Part shown: positions 26,689-36,862 of the stretch, in pieces
Numbering within the stretch: the first letter of the stretch is position 1
Layout: every line of letters begins with the position of its first letter
Source of the DNA: an uncultured Candidatus Saccharibacteria bacterium
Lineage (GTDB): Bacteria > Patescibacteriota > Minisyncoccia > Phycocordibacterales > UBA9973
Direction: 5' to 3'
DNA: 64,000 nt
Assembly: GCA_964591445.1 (NCBI GenBank)
Contig: CAZQAW010000001.1
Span: 14,625 to 78,624 of the forward strand
Translations under genes and position numbers: made by a program
The notes under the pieces: generated by a model
Database searches by the model: none
The model's input: the letters and a program-made list of their open reading frames with translations, nothing else
Told to the model about the DNA's origin: nothing

Positions 26689-27687
26689 TTATTCTTCAAG
26701 GGCCTTTTCGACTATATGATCCACGAACTGCGGCATAGAAATGCCGACAGCCGCGAGGGCTTGCGGAACGAGCGAATGTTCGGTGAGGCCTGGTAACGAA
26801 TTTACTTCGATAAAATATATCTCGCCGCGAGGAGTAATCATGAAGTCGCTGCGCGAATAATGACGAAGGCCGAGTGCTTGGTGCACAGCGCGCGCAAGCT
26901 GTTGCAGGGTTTCTTTTTCTTTTTGCGTAAAGCTGCCGCCGACAACTGAACGGCCAGAGTCAGAATATTTGTGCGCGTAGCTGAATATGTCTTTTTTATC
27001 TTTCAAAATTTCTATCGGCACAAGCGCATAGTGTTCTTCACCGCGCAAGCCTTCGACGATGCCAGCTGTCGCCTCTCTGCCTTCGATAAATTCTTCGACA
27101 ATAAGCGCAACACCGAGACCGAGCGCCCACCGAAGCACGCTTACAAGTTCGGGCAAAGTGCGAGCAATGACAATACCAATAGAGGAACCCCCAGACACAG
27201 GCTTCACGATCCACGGCGGCGGAGTCGAACGAAATACTTTTTGAGCCTGTTCAAAGGCGTAGTCGTCAGCACTTATACCAAACTCATCTGTATACGCATT
27301 TACAATATAGTGTTGTGGAACTTTCACGCCAAGCATTGCCATTTTTTTCTTTGCCAAATCTTTTTCCATCGCAAGCGCAGATGCAAGCGCCCGACTTCCA
27401 GTAAACGGCATGCCGATGTTGTGTAAATATTGCGAAAGCGTACCATCTTCGCCGGCGCCGCCGTGAAGCGCGTTGAATATAACGTCGACATTGTCGCGCA
27501 AGCGATCAAGTGTTACCGGCAAGCCGTTGATATGCCACTCGCCGTCGCGAGTCACGAGCATGTCAACAACTTTGTATTTGTCGGGCATTGCGGAAAGTGC
27601 AGCCAGCACTTGCGCGCCGCTTCGCAAAGAAACTTCGTATTCATCACTCATGCCTCCGCGCATTACTCCGACTTTTATCATATTCAA
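26689..27687 (-). CDS. ddl: D-alanine--D-alanine ligase.
   Basis: The N-terminal VGVMRGGMSDEYEVSLRSG (EHEVS-like) and the ATP-grasp C-terminus ...YFIEVNSLPGLTEHSLVPQ. Confidence 0.9.
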   Translation of the reverse strand: MNMIKVGVMRGGMSDEYEVSLRSGAQVLAALSAMPDKYKVVDMLVTRDGEWHINGLPVTLDRLRDNVDVIFNALHGGAGEDGTLSQYLHNIGMPFTGSRALASALAMEKDLAKKKMAMLGVKVPQHYIVNAYTDEFGISADDYAFEQAQKVFRSTPPPWIVKPVSGGSSIGIVIARTLPELVSVLRWALGLGVALIVEEFIEGREATAGIVEGLRGEEHYALVPIEILKDKKDIFSYAHKYSDSGRSVVGGSFTQKEKETLQQLARAVHQALGLRHYSRSDFMITPRGEIYFIEVNSLPGLTEHSLVPQALAAVGISMPQFVDHIVEKALEE

Positions 27688-27829
27688 ATTATAACCTATA
27701 ACAACAAATAGCGCGAAAGAAATGTGAATAGTCTTTGAGAAAAGCCTTGCGCAGGCTGTCGAGCCGAGCAGAGCAAAAATCCAGCAGGATTTTATGTCGT
27801 GCTTTTATACAAGATATTTTATTCTTTTG

Positions 27830-29080
27830 CTAAGAAAGAAAATTTTTATTTCTTTTCTGTTTATGGAAATCAATAGCGAAACGATGCGACTCTGAGTTTG
27901 CAAGCACGATTTCTTTTGCATATTTCGTCGCGTATTCTTTGTCTCCCAAAATTTCTCGCGCTTTGTGTTTATCGTCTTTCACTACCGACACAAGAGGAAT
28001 TTTCATTTGATAACGGAACAGTACTTGCTTTGCAACGTTTAACTGTCCGACGCCACCGTCTATCACCACCAAATCCGGCATACCCCATTCGTTGTGTCGC
28101 AGTCTGCGCGAAAGCACTTCTTCAAGCGCGCCGGTGTCGTTCGAACCACTTTGTGAACGAATGATGAATTTGCGGTATTCATTTTTGTCCGGAGTTCCGT
28201 TTACAAGCACTGTCATTACACCAACCATATTTTTGCCGCTCATATGAGCGATATCGTACGCCTCGATACGGAAACTTGAAGAAAGCATCGTGTGTGAATC
28301 CAAGAAATCGCTTTTCATAAGAGCGATGTCGTTGATGTGTTCAAGCGCAAAAACCGTTTTCTTCACTTCATCTGCAAGTTCAAATTCCTGACGCTTGGCA
28401 TGCATCATCATTTCCTTTTTAAGTTCGCGAACGATCTGCTTTTTCTTGCCCTCAAAGAAAAGTTTGATGTTGCGGATCGTTTTTTGATATCGCTCGCGAG
28501 CTTCTTCCTCTACAACGTCGGGCGTAAGTCCAAGCTGTTTGTAAAATTCATAATTATCTTTCTTCGAAGAATACTGGTCGCGAAATGGGAAAATTCTGCG
28601 GATAATTTTCAAAGCTTCACGCAAAGAACCACCGCTTGTAAATGGGCCATACACAGCTTGGAGCTTCACTTCGCGCTTGCCGCGCTCGATCTTTGCACTT
28701 TTTTTATCTGCGCTCAAATCTTTTTTGCGAATACTTAAAACTTGCGGAAAATCTTCTTTCGTAATACCTACAACAAGAAAACTTTTTCCGTCTTTTTCTT
28801 TGACGTTATAATGCGGCTGGAATTTCCGAATAAGTTCCGCTTCCAAAATAAGCGCTTCCAAAACTGAATCTGTTTCTTCAAAAGTCACAGTGTCAGACTT
28901 GAACACCATGTCGACAATCGAAGGCCCGCGAGTCTTGATCAAGTCCTTTGCAAAATAACTTTTTGTTCGATCACGCAAAGATGTCGCTTTTCCAATGTAC
29001 AAAATATCCTTCCCTTTCCGGAAGAAATACACGCCAGGCGCTGGCGGCAATTTGAGTTTTGCTAAATCTTGACTTTTCAT
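27830..29080 (-). CDS. uvrC: Excinuclease ABC subunit C, short form lacking the C-terminal (HhH)2 domain.
   Basis: GIY-YIG domain (PGVYFFRKGKDILYIGKATSLRDRTKSYF) and the RNase-H-like endonuclease domain (IEAYDIAHMSG...LVVIDGGVGQLNVA). The protein ends about 150 aa earlier than canonical UvrC. Confidence 0.85.
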   Translation of the reverse strand: MKSQDLAKLKLPPAPGVYFFRKGKDILYIGKATSLRDRTKSYFAKDLIKTRGPSIVDMVFKSDTVTFEETDSVLEALILEAELIRKFQPHYNVKEKDGKSFLVVGITKEDFPQVLSIRKKDLSADKKSAKIERGKREVKLQAVYGPFTSGGSLREALKIIRRIFPFRDQYSSKKDNYEFYKQLGLTPDVVEEEARERYQKTIRNIKLFFEGKKKQIVRELKKEMMMHAKRQEFELADEVKKTVFALEHINDIALMKSDFLDSHTMLSSSFRIEAYDIAHMSGKNMVGVMTVLVNGTPDKNEYRKFIIRSQSGSNDTGALEEVLSRRLRHNEWGMPDLVVIDGGVGQLNVAKQVLFRYQMKIPLVSVVKDDKHKAREILGDKEYATKYAKEIVLANSESHRFAIDFHKQKRNKNFLS

Positions 29081-29435
29081 TATATGAAATGTACCATAAA
29101 CATTAAACAAAAAAAACTAATAATCAAATGCTACGAATTGCTTCACAAAGTTCGCAAAAAATGAGGAAGTCTTATCTTTATATTGGTTATATTACTGAAA
29201 ACGAGAAAAATTTTATTTGTTTTAGCTTTTTTTATAAAAATAACGAACAGGCATGCGACATGTCTATAAGTCATGAGAGTAAAACCGCACTGCTTACTGG
29301 ACCGTTTTATACAAATTTTATAAAAGAAAAGTTTCCTAAACAGGCACAGAAAATAACCAGAGCACTGAAACTATTTTTTACGAAAAACAATCTAAGCTGG
29401 GCGTCCAACAAGCAAGGGAAATAACCTTGCTTTTT

Positions 29436-32144
29436 TTATTTCTTCTTCAAAACTTTCTTCAAATATTGCCCGGTGTAAGACTTTGGTGTATTTGCAACTT
29501 CTTCCGGAGTTCCTTTGGCTACCAAATGTCCGCCGCCGATACCGCCTTCGGGCCCAAAGTCGAGAATATAGTCTGCGCATTTTATGAGATCCATGTTGTG
29601 CTCGATAACGACGACTGTATTCCCTTTGTCGACAAGACGGTTCAACACACCGATCAAATTTGCAACGTCATCATAGTGCAACCCGACAGTTGGTTCGTCG
29701 AGCAAGTAAATGGTTTTTTCAATATGAGGTCGATATAGTTCAGAAGAAATTTTCACACGCTGCGCTTCCCCGCCAGAAAGTGTCGTTGCGCTTTGGCCGA
29801 GCTTCACGTATCCAAGCCCGACATCCATGAGAGTTTTCAAGCGGTCATAAATAGCAGGAATATCTTCGTAGAATTTCAAACCTTCTTCAACGGTAAGCTG
29901 AAGAATTTCGTAAATATTCTTTTTCTTGTATTTTACTTTCAAAGTTTCTTTGTCGAAACGCTTGCCACCACACACGTCACACGTCACATACACTGTCGGC
30001 AAGAAATGCATTTCTACAGCGATTTCTCCATTTCCTTCACACGCTTCGCAGCGGCCACCTTTGACGTTGAATGAAAATCGGTTTGATTTCCAACCGCGGA
30101 TTCGTGATTCTTCGCTTTCAGCAAACAAGTCGCGGATAAATGTAAACGCGCCTGTGTATGTCGCAATGTTTGACCGCGGCGTTCGTCCGATCGGAGATTG
30201 GTCAATCAAAATCGCTCGAGACAAATATTCGGTACCAGTAAATGTTGCTGCATTAAAGACCTTTGCGCTACGATATTTGCGTTCAAAACGCGCTTGCAAA
30301 TTTTGGTGTACGATTTCATACATAAAAGAAGATTTGCCGGAACCAGACACACCAGTAATGCACACCAACTTTCCGAGAGGAATTTCAGCATTCACATTTT
30401 TGATATTGAAAGCATGTCCGCCGACAACCTTGAGCGAACCTTTGTCAGAGGTGCGGCGTTTTTCTGGAATAGGAATTCGCACTTCTTCGCGCAAGTACGC
30501 AAGGGTGCGAGATTTTGATGTGTTTGTTTTTGCGGCAAGCAATTTTTCTAAATCATCTTGCACTATCACTTCCCCGCCATGCACGCCGGCTTTCGGGCCG
30601 ATGTCTACCAGATAATCTGACGCGTAAATCGTATCTTCATCGTGTTCAACAACGATAATCGTATTTCCCAAATCTCGCAAATCTTCAAGCGTTTTGATCA
30701 AGCGTTCGTTATCGCGCTGATGCAAACCGATCGTCGGTTCGTCAAGCACGTACATTGCGCCGACGAGGCGTGAGCCGAGTTGTGATGCCAGACGGATACG
30801 CTGCGCTTCTCCGCCAGACAAAGTATTTGCCCGGCGTTCAAGCGCCAGATATTCCAAGCCGACGTTCAACATAAATTGCAATCGGTCTTCAATTTCACGG
30901 ATCACCGGTTTTGAAATTTCTTTTTCTTTTGCAGTCAGTTTAAGCTCGATGAAAAAGTCCGCCGCGTCTTGGATTGAAAGCGCAGTCAAATCTACAATGT
31001 TTGTTTTTTTAGTACCAAGAAACACATTGAGTGCTTCGATACGCAGACGCTTGCCGCCACAAACGTCGCAAGGTTCTGTACCCATAAAATATTTGCTTCC
31101 GAGCCCATTACATTCTGGACAAGCTCCGTACGGCGAGTTGAAAGAGAAAAGTCGCGGCTCAACTTCTGGGAAAGAAAAGCCGTCATTCGGACAAGAGAAT
31201 TTTGCAGAAAGAAGAAACTCTGAACTCTCCCTCTCCTGGCTAGGAGAGGGCTGGGGTGAGGTTGATCCAAATTGTATCGTCACCAAACCTTCACTTTCCA
31301 AAAGTGCGCGTTCGATAGACTCAGCTAAACGCATGCGCGCGTCGGCCGGGTTATCTGCAAATTCATGAAGCGCAAATTCGTCCACCATCACGTCGATATT
31401 GTGCTGCTTTGTTTTTGAAAGTTCGATACGGTCACGCAGATTTTTTATAGTCCCATCAAGTCGAACTTTGCTGTAGCCTTTGCCAAGCAAGTCGTACAAA
31501 AGCTGGTAGTACTCGCCTTTTCGTCCGCGAACCACCGGCGAATAGATCGTAATCGGTGTTTCGCTCCACTGCACTCCCATCACTTTTTTTGAGCCTTTGG
31601 TATTTTTTTTATACGTTTCAACTTTCTCGAGCATGAAATTCAAAATTTCTTCGTTCGAAAGTTTTTTGATTTCTTCGCCGCACTGTGGACAATGTGGCCG
31701 GCCGATACGCGCGTACAGCACGCGCAAATAGTCATAAATTTCGGTAATCGTTGCCACAGTTGAACGCGGGTTGTTCGAGCGAGATTTTTGGTCGATAGAA
31801 ATTGCCGGGGAAAGCCCGGAAATTTCATCAACTTCCGGCTTGCTCATTTGCTTCAAGAATTGTCGCGCATACGAAGAAAGAGATTCAACGTATCGTCGCT
31901 GGCCTTCAGCAAAAATAGTGTCGAACGCCAAAGAAGACTTTCCTGAACCGGAAAGCCCTGTGATCGCGATCATCTTGTTGCGCGGCATCTCAACATTAAT
32001 ATTCTTCAAGTTGTGTGTTCGAGCGCCTTTGACGATAATTTTTCCTTCACTGTCTTTTTTCATATATAAGCCAAGCGCACCCGGCAAGTCTCCTTGAGGG
32101 TGTCTATCTCTCTTTAACTTCTTTAAGTATACCACATATGCCAT
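29436..32144 (-). CDS. uvrA: Excinuclease ABC subunit A, carrying the 13-aa palindromic-element insert.
   Basis: Two ABC ATPase modules: [15 protein letters not shown] / [12 protein letters not shown] / [11 protein letters not shown], and [13 protein letters not shown] / [11 protein letters not shown] / [11 protein letters not shown]. Zinc-finger Cys pairs are present. Confidence 0.95.
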   Translation of the reverse strand: MAYVVYLKKLKRDRHPQGDLPGALGLYMKKDSEGKIIVKGARTHNLKNINVEMPRNKMIAITGLSGSGKSSLAFDTIFAEGQRRYVESLSSYARQFLKQMSKPEVDEISGLSPAISIDQKSRSNNPRSTVATITEIYDYLRVLYARIGRPHCPQCGEEIKKLSNEEILNFMLEKVETYKKNTKGSKKVMGVQWSETPITIYSPVVRGRKGEYYQLLYDLLGKGYSKVRLDGTIKNLRDRIELSKTKQHNIDVMVDEFALHEFADNPADARMRLAESIERALLESEGLVTIQFGSTSPQPSPSQERESSEFLLSAKFSCPNDGFSFPEVEPRLFSFNSPYGACPECNGLGSKYFMGTEPCDVCGGKRLRIEALNVFLGTKKTNIVDLTALSIQDAADFFIELKLTAKEKEISKPVIREIEDRLQFMLNVGLEYLALERRANTLSGGEAQRIRLASQLGSRLVGAMYVLDEPTIGLHQRDNERLIKTLEDLRDLGNTIIVVEHDEDTIYASDYLVDIGPKAGVHGGEVIVQDDLEKLLAAKTNTSKSRTLAYLREEVRIPIPEKRRTSDKGSLKVVGGHAFNIKNVNAEIPLGKLVCITGVSGSGKSSFMYEIVHQNLQARFERKYRSAKVFNAATFTGTEYLSRAILIDQSPIGRTPRSNIATYTGAFTFIRDLFAESEESRIRGWKSNRFSFNVKGGRCEACEGNGEIAVEMHFLPTVYVTCDVCGGKRFDKETLKVKYKKKNIYEILQLTVEEGLKFYEDIPAIYDRLKTLMDVGLGYVKLGQSATTLSGGEAQRVKISSELYRPHIEKTIYLLDEPTVGLHYDDVANLIGVLNRLVDKGNTVVVIEHNMDLIKCADYILDFGPEGGIGGGHLVAKGTPEEVANTPKSYTGQYLKKVLKKK
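31224..31264. repeat. Copy B of the in-frame palindromic element, inside uvrA.
   Basis: actctccctctcctggctaggagagggctggggtgaggttg is identical to copy A over 41 nt. In-frame it reads [13 protein letters not shown]. Confidence 0.85.
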
Positions 32145-32182
32145 ATGATGACAAAAATAATAAACGGAGTTACACTATACGT

Positions 32183-32626
32183 ATGAATATACAAACTATG
32201 GATCAAGGTATCATGCATACCATCAAGCGAGTTTCGCTTCCATTATCACGTATTGCTATTTTTGTCGTGTACTTTTGGTTTGGGATTTTAAAAGTGTTTG
32301 GTGTCAGCCCAGCAAACCCGCTTATCATGGCGCTTCAGCAACAAACACTTCCCTTCCTCACATTTCACCAATTCATCATCTTTTTTGGAATTGCAGAAAT
32401 GATCATCGGTATCATCTTTCTCATTCGCGGATGGGAGCGTCTGGCGATCGCATTACTTATGCTTCATATGATCACCACCATCCTTCCTCTTTTTCTTCTT
32501 CCTCAAATCGGTTGGCAAGGATTTTTTGTTCCGACCATTGAAGGACAATACATCATCAAAAACATAGTCATCATAGCCGCAGCCATAGGCATCGCCGCAC
32601 ATTCGCATCTGCAGCCGATGAAGTAA
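32183..32626 (+). CDS. Hypothetical 4-TM membrane protein.
   Basis: Hydrophobic helices (IAIFVVYFWFGILKVFGV, IIFFGIAEMIIGIIFLI, ...). The ORF-track start at 32138 overlaps the uvrA start. The more likely start is the Met of MNIQTMDQG. Confidence 0.5.
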   Translation: MNIQTMDQGIMHTIKRVSLPLSRIAIFVVYFWFGILKVFGVSPANPLIMALQQQTLPFLTFHQFIIFFGIAEMIIGIIFLIRGWERLAIALLMLHMITTILPLFLLPQIGWQGFFVPTIEGQYIIKNIVIIAAAIGIAAHSHLQPMK

Positions 32627-32676
32627 AGAATATTTTGTAGAAAACTTTTTATGTTGTATAATAAAAAGAAAAAGAT

Positions 32677-32895
32677 ATGGAAGCAAAAATTATCGATTTC
32701 TTCTTGATAATATTAACAATGTTTTTAATGTTATCAGTCTCAGATTTCACAGCGTGGTTAATGATAAAAATACCTATATTGGGTAAAGTAACAGAATACT
32801 TATGGAATTCACCCCGAGTTTCTTTTCTGGTATTACTTTATTTTATAATAATTGGTTTTTATTTTGAAACCAGATTAAACAAATACGCTTTGTAA
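32677..32895 (+). CDS. Possible small 2-TM membrane protein (low confidence).
   Basis: 72 aa, AT-rich. Confidence 0.3.
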   Translation: MEAKIIDFFLIILTMFLMLSVSDFTAWLMIKIPILGKVTEYLWNSPRVSFLVLLYFIIIGFYFETRLNKYAL

Positions 32896-32939
32896 GAAAA
32901 TGAGAAAATTCAACTAAGCAAGGATATAATCCTTGCTTT

Positions 32940-35099
32940 TTATTTTTCCGGTTCCAACTTTGCGCGTAAAACACTAATCTCGTCGCGAACAATCGCGGCC
33001 GTTTCAAAGTCGAGCTCTTTGACGGCTCTCGACATTTCTTTTTCTTTTATTTTGATGATTTTTTCGTAGACTGCCAAGTTGCGCTCTTCGTCAGAAAGTC
33101 TTGCAAGTTTTTTCTCTTCTTTTTTATCGAGCGCTTTGCGAGCTTTGCCAAGCACTTCAAAATCTATCGCAAGCTCAGCGTTCACCGCTTTTGCATGTTC
33201 AGATTCCATTTGTTCAGTAATGTCTTTGATATTTTTCTTGATCGTTTTCGGAGTAATGCTGTGCTTTTTGTTGTACTCCATTTGCACTGTTCGGCGGCGA
33301 TTTGTTTCGGCAATTGCACGTTCCATCGAGCCTGTCATGTTGTCTGCATACAAAATCACGCGACCCTGCGCGTTTCGAGCTGCGCGGCCGATAGTCTGGA
33401 TAAGCGATGTTTCGCTTCGAAGAAATCCTTCTTTGTCTGCGTCCAAAATGCCGATCAATTCTACTTCCGGCAAATCCAACCCTTCGCGGAGCAAGTTCAC
33501 TCCGACCAAACAATCAAATTCCCCTTTTCGAAATGCCGTCAAAATTTTAATTCGGTCAATTGTTTTAATATCGCTATGCAAATATTCTGATTTTATTTTT
33601 CGCTCTTTCAAATACGCAGCCAAATCTTCCGCCATTTTTTTCGTTAGCGTTGTTGCAAGCACGCGCCCGCCGCCCTTGATATTTGCAACCGCTTCTTCAA
33701 TAAAGTCTTGGACTTGGCCTGGGTAGTTCCCCCTCTCCTGGCTAGGAGAGGGCTGGGGTGAGGTTGATGCAGCCACCGGCTTGAGCGTAATTTCCGGATC
33801 AAGAAGTCCAGTTGGACGAATGATTTGTTCTACTATTTGGTCACTGTTTTCTCGTTCATAGTCGCTCGGAGTCGCTGAAGTATAAATCACTTGGCTTACG
33901 CGTTCTTCAAATTCGTTGTATTTAAGCGGGCGATTGTCTTTCGCGCTCGGCAAACGAAAACCGAATTCCACCAAAGTATTTTTACGAGCCTGGTCGCCAG
34001 CGTACATGCCGTGAAGCTGCGGAAGCGTCACATGCGATTCATCGATCACCACCAAAAAGTCCGCAGATCCATCTTTGTGATGTGGAAAATATGAAAGCAA
34101 TGTTTCTGGCGGCTCGCCTGCTTTTTTACCAGACAAATGTCGAGAATAGTTTTCGATTCCGCTGCAATAGCCGATTTCTTTGATCATCGCCAGGTCATAC
34201 GTCGTTCGTCGTTTGATTCGCTCCGCTTCCAAAAGCTTTCCTTCTTTTTCAAAAAGTTTGAGCTGGTCTGCAAGTTCTGCTTTGATCGCTTTTATTGCTT
34301 TTTCTTTTTTAGTTTCATTTGTCAAAAAGTGTTTTGCCGGAAAAAGGAAAATACTTTCTGGATTGTCGAGAATCTGCGAAGTCACCGGATCAATTTTTAA
34401 AATCTGCGTAATTTTTCCCGCTACGATTTCAATCGAAAGCATAAACGTTTCCGACACTGGCATGATTTCCACTTTATTACCAAGTGCACGAAACTGCCCT
34501 GAAGACAAATCTGCGTTTGTACGCGTAAAATGAATTGAAACTAAATTCGAAAGCAAATCATTGCGCGCCATTTTCATCCCAGGTTTTAATTCCAAATGTT
34601 CTTCGCGATATTCTTCTGGACTTCCCAAACCGTAAATACACGAAACCGACGCAACGATGATGACATCTTTTCTCGTAAGCAAAGATTGTGTTGACGCATG
34701 ACGAAGACGATCAATTTCTTTGTTGATCTGCGCGTCTTTTTCAATATACGTATCCGTCACCGGCATGTAAGCTTCCGGCTGGTAGTAGTCGTAATACGAA
34801 ACGAAATAATGCACCGCATGGTCTGGGAAAAATTCTCGATACTCTTGCGCAAGCTGTGCTGCAAGCGTTTTGTTGTGAGCAATCACCAAGGTTGGCTTTT
34901 CAAATTGCGCAATCACATTTGCAATAGTAAAAGTTTTACCAGTTCCCGTAGCACCAAGAAGGGTCTGCTTTTTCATCCCTTTTTTGAGGCCACTTACGAG
35001 GCCCTTGATAGCCTGAGGCTGGTCGCCATCCGGCTTATATTCGCTTGTAAGTTTGAAAAGCGGCATAGGTATCAGTACATTGTAAGCTATTTTGGGCAA
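32940..35099 (-). CDS. uvrB: Excinuclease ABC subunit B, carrying the palindromic-element insert.
   Basis: LLGATGTGKTFTIANVI (Walker A), VVIDESHVTLPQ (DEAH-like), the helicase C-terminal motifs, and the UVR domain at the C-terminus (ETAAIVRDEISVLRAKL). Confidence 0.95.
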   Translation of the reverse strand: MPKIAYNVLIPMPLFKLTSEYKPDGDQPQAIKGLVSGLKKGMKKQTLLGATGTGKTFTIANVIAQFEKPTLVIAHNKTLAAQLAQEYREFFPDHAVHYFVSYYDYYQPEAYMPVTDTYIEKDAQINKEIDRLRHASTQSLLTRKDVIIVASVSCIYGLGSPEEYREEHLELKPGMKMARNDLLSNLVSIHFTRTNADLSSGQFRALGNKVEIMPVSETFMLSIEIVAGKITQILKIDPVTSQILDNPESIFLFPAKHFLTNETKKEKAIKAIKAELADQLKLFEKEGKLLEAERIKRRTTYDLAMIKEIGYCSGIENYSRHLSGKKAGEPPETLLSYFPHHKDGSADFLVVIDESHVTLPQLHGMYAGDQARKNTLVEFGFRLPSAKDNRPLKYNEFEERVSQVIYTSATPSDYERENSDQIVEQIIRPTGLLDPEITLKPVAASTSPQPSPSQERGNYPGQVQDFIEEAVANIKGGGRVLATTLTKKMAEDLAAYLKERKIKSEYLHSDIKTIDRIKILTAFRKGEFDCLVGVNLLREGLDLPEVELIGILDADKEGFLRSETSLIQTIGRAARNAQGRVILYADNMTGSMERAIAETNRRRTVQMEYNKKHSITPKTIKKNIKDITEQMESEHAKAVNAELAIDFEVLGKARKALDKKEEKKLARLSDEERNLAVYEKIIKIKEKEMSRAVKELDFETAAIVRDEISVLRAKLEPEK
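33731..33766. repeat. Copy C of the in-frame palindromic element, inside uvrB.
   Basis: ccctctcctggctaggagagggctggggtgaggttg is identical to the 36-nt core. In-frame it reads [12 protein letters not shown]. Confidence 0.85.
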
Positions 35100-35150
35100 G
35101 AAAAAAAGCAGCTGATACGCGGCTGCTTTTCTTTGAATCTTCGATTTTTA

Positions 35151-35546
35151 TTAATTAGAAACAGGAACTGCTGATCCTGCTTCAATTTTTGAAATTGTAA
35201 AATTTGCAAAATAGGGTTCATTTGCTTTATACGTGATAACCAGCGCGTGATCACTCGTATTGTTTTGAGCATCCTTGATAAGCTCCCTGTAGTAATGACT
35301 GTTAGTTGTTTTGGGTCTTACTAGCAAAGATGATAAATGGTACGCGGGCATTGGTATTATGTTTAAGCCCACTAGTGTCTCATCAAGGTTCTGACTAAGT
35401 TTTTCCTTGCCGTGTGGTATGAAGAGTGGTATTTCTTTATCTCTTAAATGCTGCAAAGCTTTAGAAAGAAATGCTGATGTCGGGGTGCTATTCGGGTCTT
35501 CCAAAAAGAGCACGTGGATGGTTTTTCCTTTAGTTGTAGTAGCCAT
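35151..35546 (-). CDS. Hypothetical protein.
   Basis: About 130 aa from MATTTKGKTIHVLFLEDPN. No motif recognised. Confidence 0.4.
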   Translation of the reverse strand: MATTTKGKTIHVLFLEDPNSTPTSAFLSKALQHLRDKEIPLFIPHGKEKLSQNLDETLVGLNIIPMPAYHLSSLLVRPKTTNSHYYRELIKDAQNNTSDHALVITYKANEPYFANFTISKIEAGSAVPVSN

Positions 35547-35635
35547 AATAATAATCTGATTTTTAGTTGGATTTTTGTTTTGTTTTGAAAATGTACGAAG
35601 ATTCGGAAACATTATATACCAGCTTTACAATAAAG

Positions 35636-36862
35636 TCAAATACTGTATTTTTTAAAAAAGTTGGCTTTGTATTCCTCAAAATTCCCTTCTACAATGGCAT
35701 TTCTCATTCCTTTGACGAGGTGTACTATAAAATACAGGTTGTGAATAGTCGCAAGGGTTCCACCCAACATTTCCTTCGCCCTAAAAAGATGCGCGACGTA
35801 TGCGCGAGTGTAGTTTTTGCAAGTATAGCATCCGCAGTTTTCTTCGATCGGAACAAACGCTTCTTTGTGCTCCGCATTGAACATGTTTATTTTGCCGGCA
35901 TGAGTATACAAAGTGCCATTGCGAGCCATGCGAGTCGGAGCAACACAGTCAAAAAAGTCGACACCGTTTTCTACACCCATAAATAAATCTTCGGGCTCAC
36001 CAATACCGAGCAAATGGCGCGGTTTGTTTTCTGGCAAAATTTCGTTCACCCATTTGACCGCAGTCGACATATCTTCTTTTGCAAAACTTCCGCCAATACC
36101 GAAGCCGTCAAAATCCATACCGCCGATAAACTCTGCCGACTTTTTTCGTAAAGACTCTTCTCTGCCACCTTGGACTATGCCAAACAATGCTTGCTTGGTT
36201 TTTCTTGATTTATGGAAATCTAAAGACCGTTTTGCCCAAGCGTGCGTGCGATGAAGCGCTTCTTCTTGATATCGAAATGGTTCGGCTGGCGACGTACATT
36301 CGTCAAATGCAAAAATAATATCTGCACCCAAATTCTGCTGAATCTCGATCGATTTTTCTGGAGTAATGTAGTACAAAGTGCCATCAATATGCGAACGAAA
36401 CGAAACTCCGTCCGCGCCAATAGTCGCAAGTTTTGGAACACCTTCGTCTGCGCTTGATCTTTCTGTAATTTGTAAACTTGGATCAATAGCTTTCGTAATT
36501 TTTGAAATATCCTTGCCGTATGCCGCGCCAAGCGAAAACACTTGGAAGCCGCCAGAGTCTGTCATCATCGGGCCTTTCCAATTCATAAACGAGTGGAGTC
36601 CTCCGGCTTTTTGTACGACTTCGTCTCCAGGTTGTAAAAGCAAGTGGTATGTATTTGCAAGCATGACATCTGCGCCAAGCGACTCCAACATTTCGGGAGT
36701 AATAGCTTTGACAGTTGCTTTTGTGCCAACGGGAACGAATGCTGGAGTTGGAATATCTCCGTGCGGAGTGCGGAAGATACCGGCGCGCCCAAGCATGGGC
36801 GCGCCGGTAGTGTCTTCTAATTTCTTTTCAATATCAAAACGGAAGTGCATGTTATTGTTCAA
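35636..36862 (-). CDS. tgt: Queuine tRNA-ribosyltransferase (tRNA-guanine transglycosylase).
   Basis: FRTPHGDIPTPAFVPVGT, LGADVMLANTYHL and the C-terminal zinc site CGCYTCKNYTRAY...H. Confidence 0.9.
   Translation of the reverse strand: MNNNMHFRFDIEKKLEDTTGAPMLGRAGIFRTPHGDIPTPAFVPVGTKATVKAITPEMLESLGADVMLANTYHLLLQPGDEVVQKAGGLHSFMNWKGPMMTDSGGFQVFSLGAAYGKDISKITKAIDPSLQITERSSADEGVPKLATIGADGVSFRSHIDGTLYYITPEKSIEIQQNLGADIIFAFDECTSPAEPFRYQEEALHRTHAWAKRSLDFHKSRKTKQALFGIVQGGREESLRKKSAEFIGGMDFDGFGIGGSFAKEDMSTAVKWVNEILPENKPRHLLGIGEPEDLFMGVENGVDFFDCVAPTRMARNGTLYTHAGKINMFNAEHKEAFVPIEENCGCYTCKNYTRAYVAHLFRAKEMLGGTLATIHNLYFIVHLVKGMRNAIVEGNFEEYKANFFKKYSI

Noticed and set aside
29128-29424. 98-aa plus-strand ORF in the uvrC-uvrA spacer.
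   Set aside because: AT-rich with no motif. It may simply be the promoter/UTR region of uvrC. Kept out of the feature list, though a small protein cannot be excluded.
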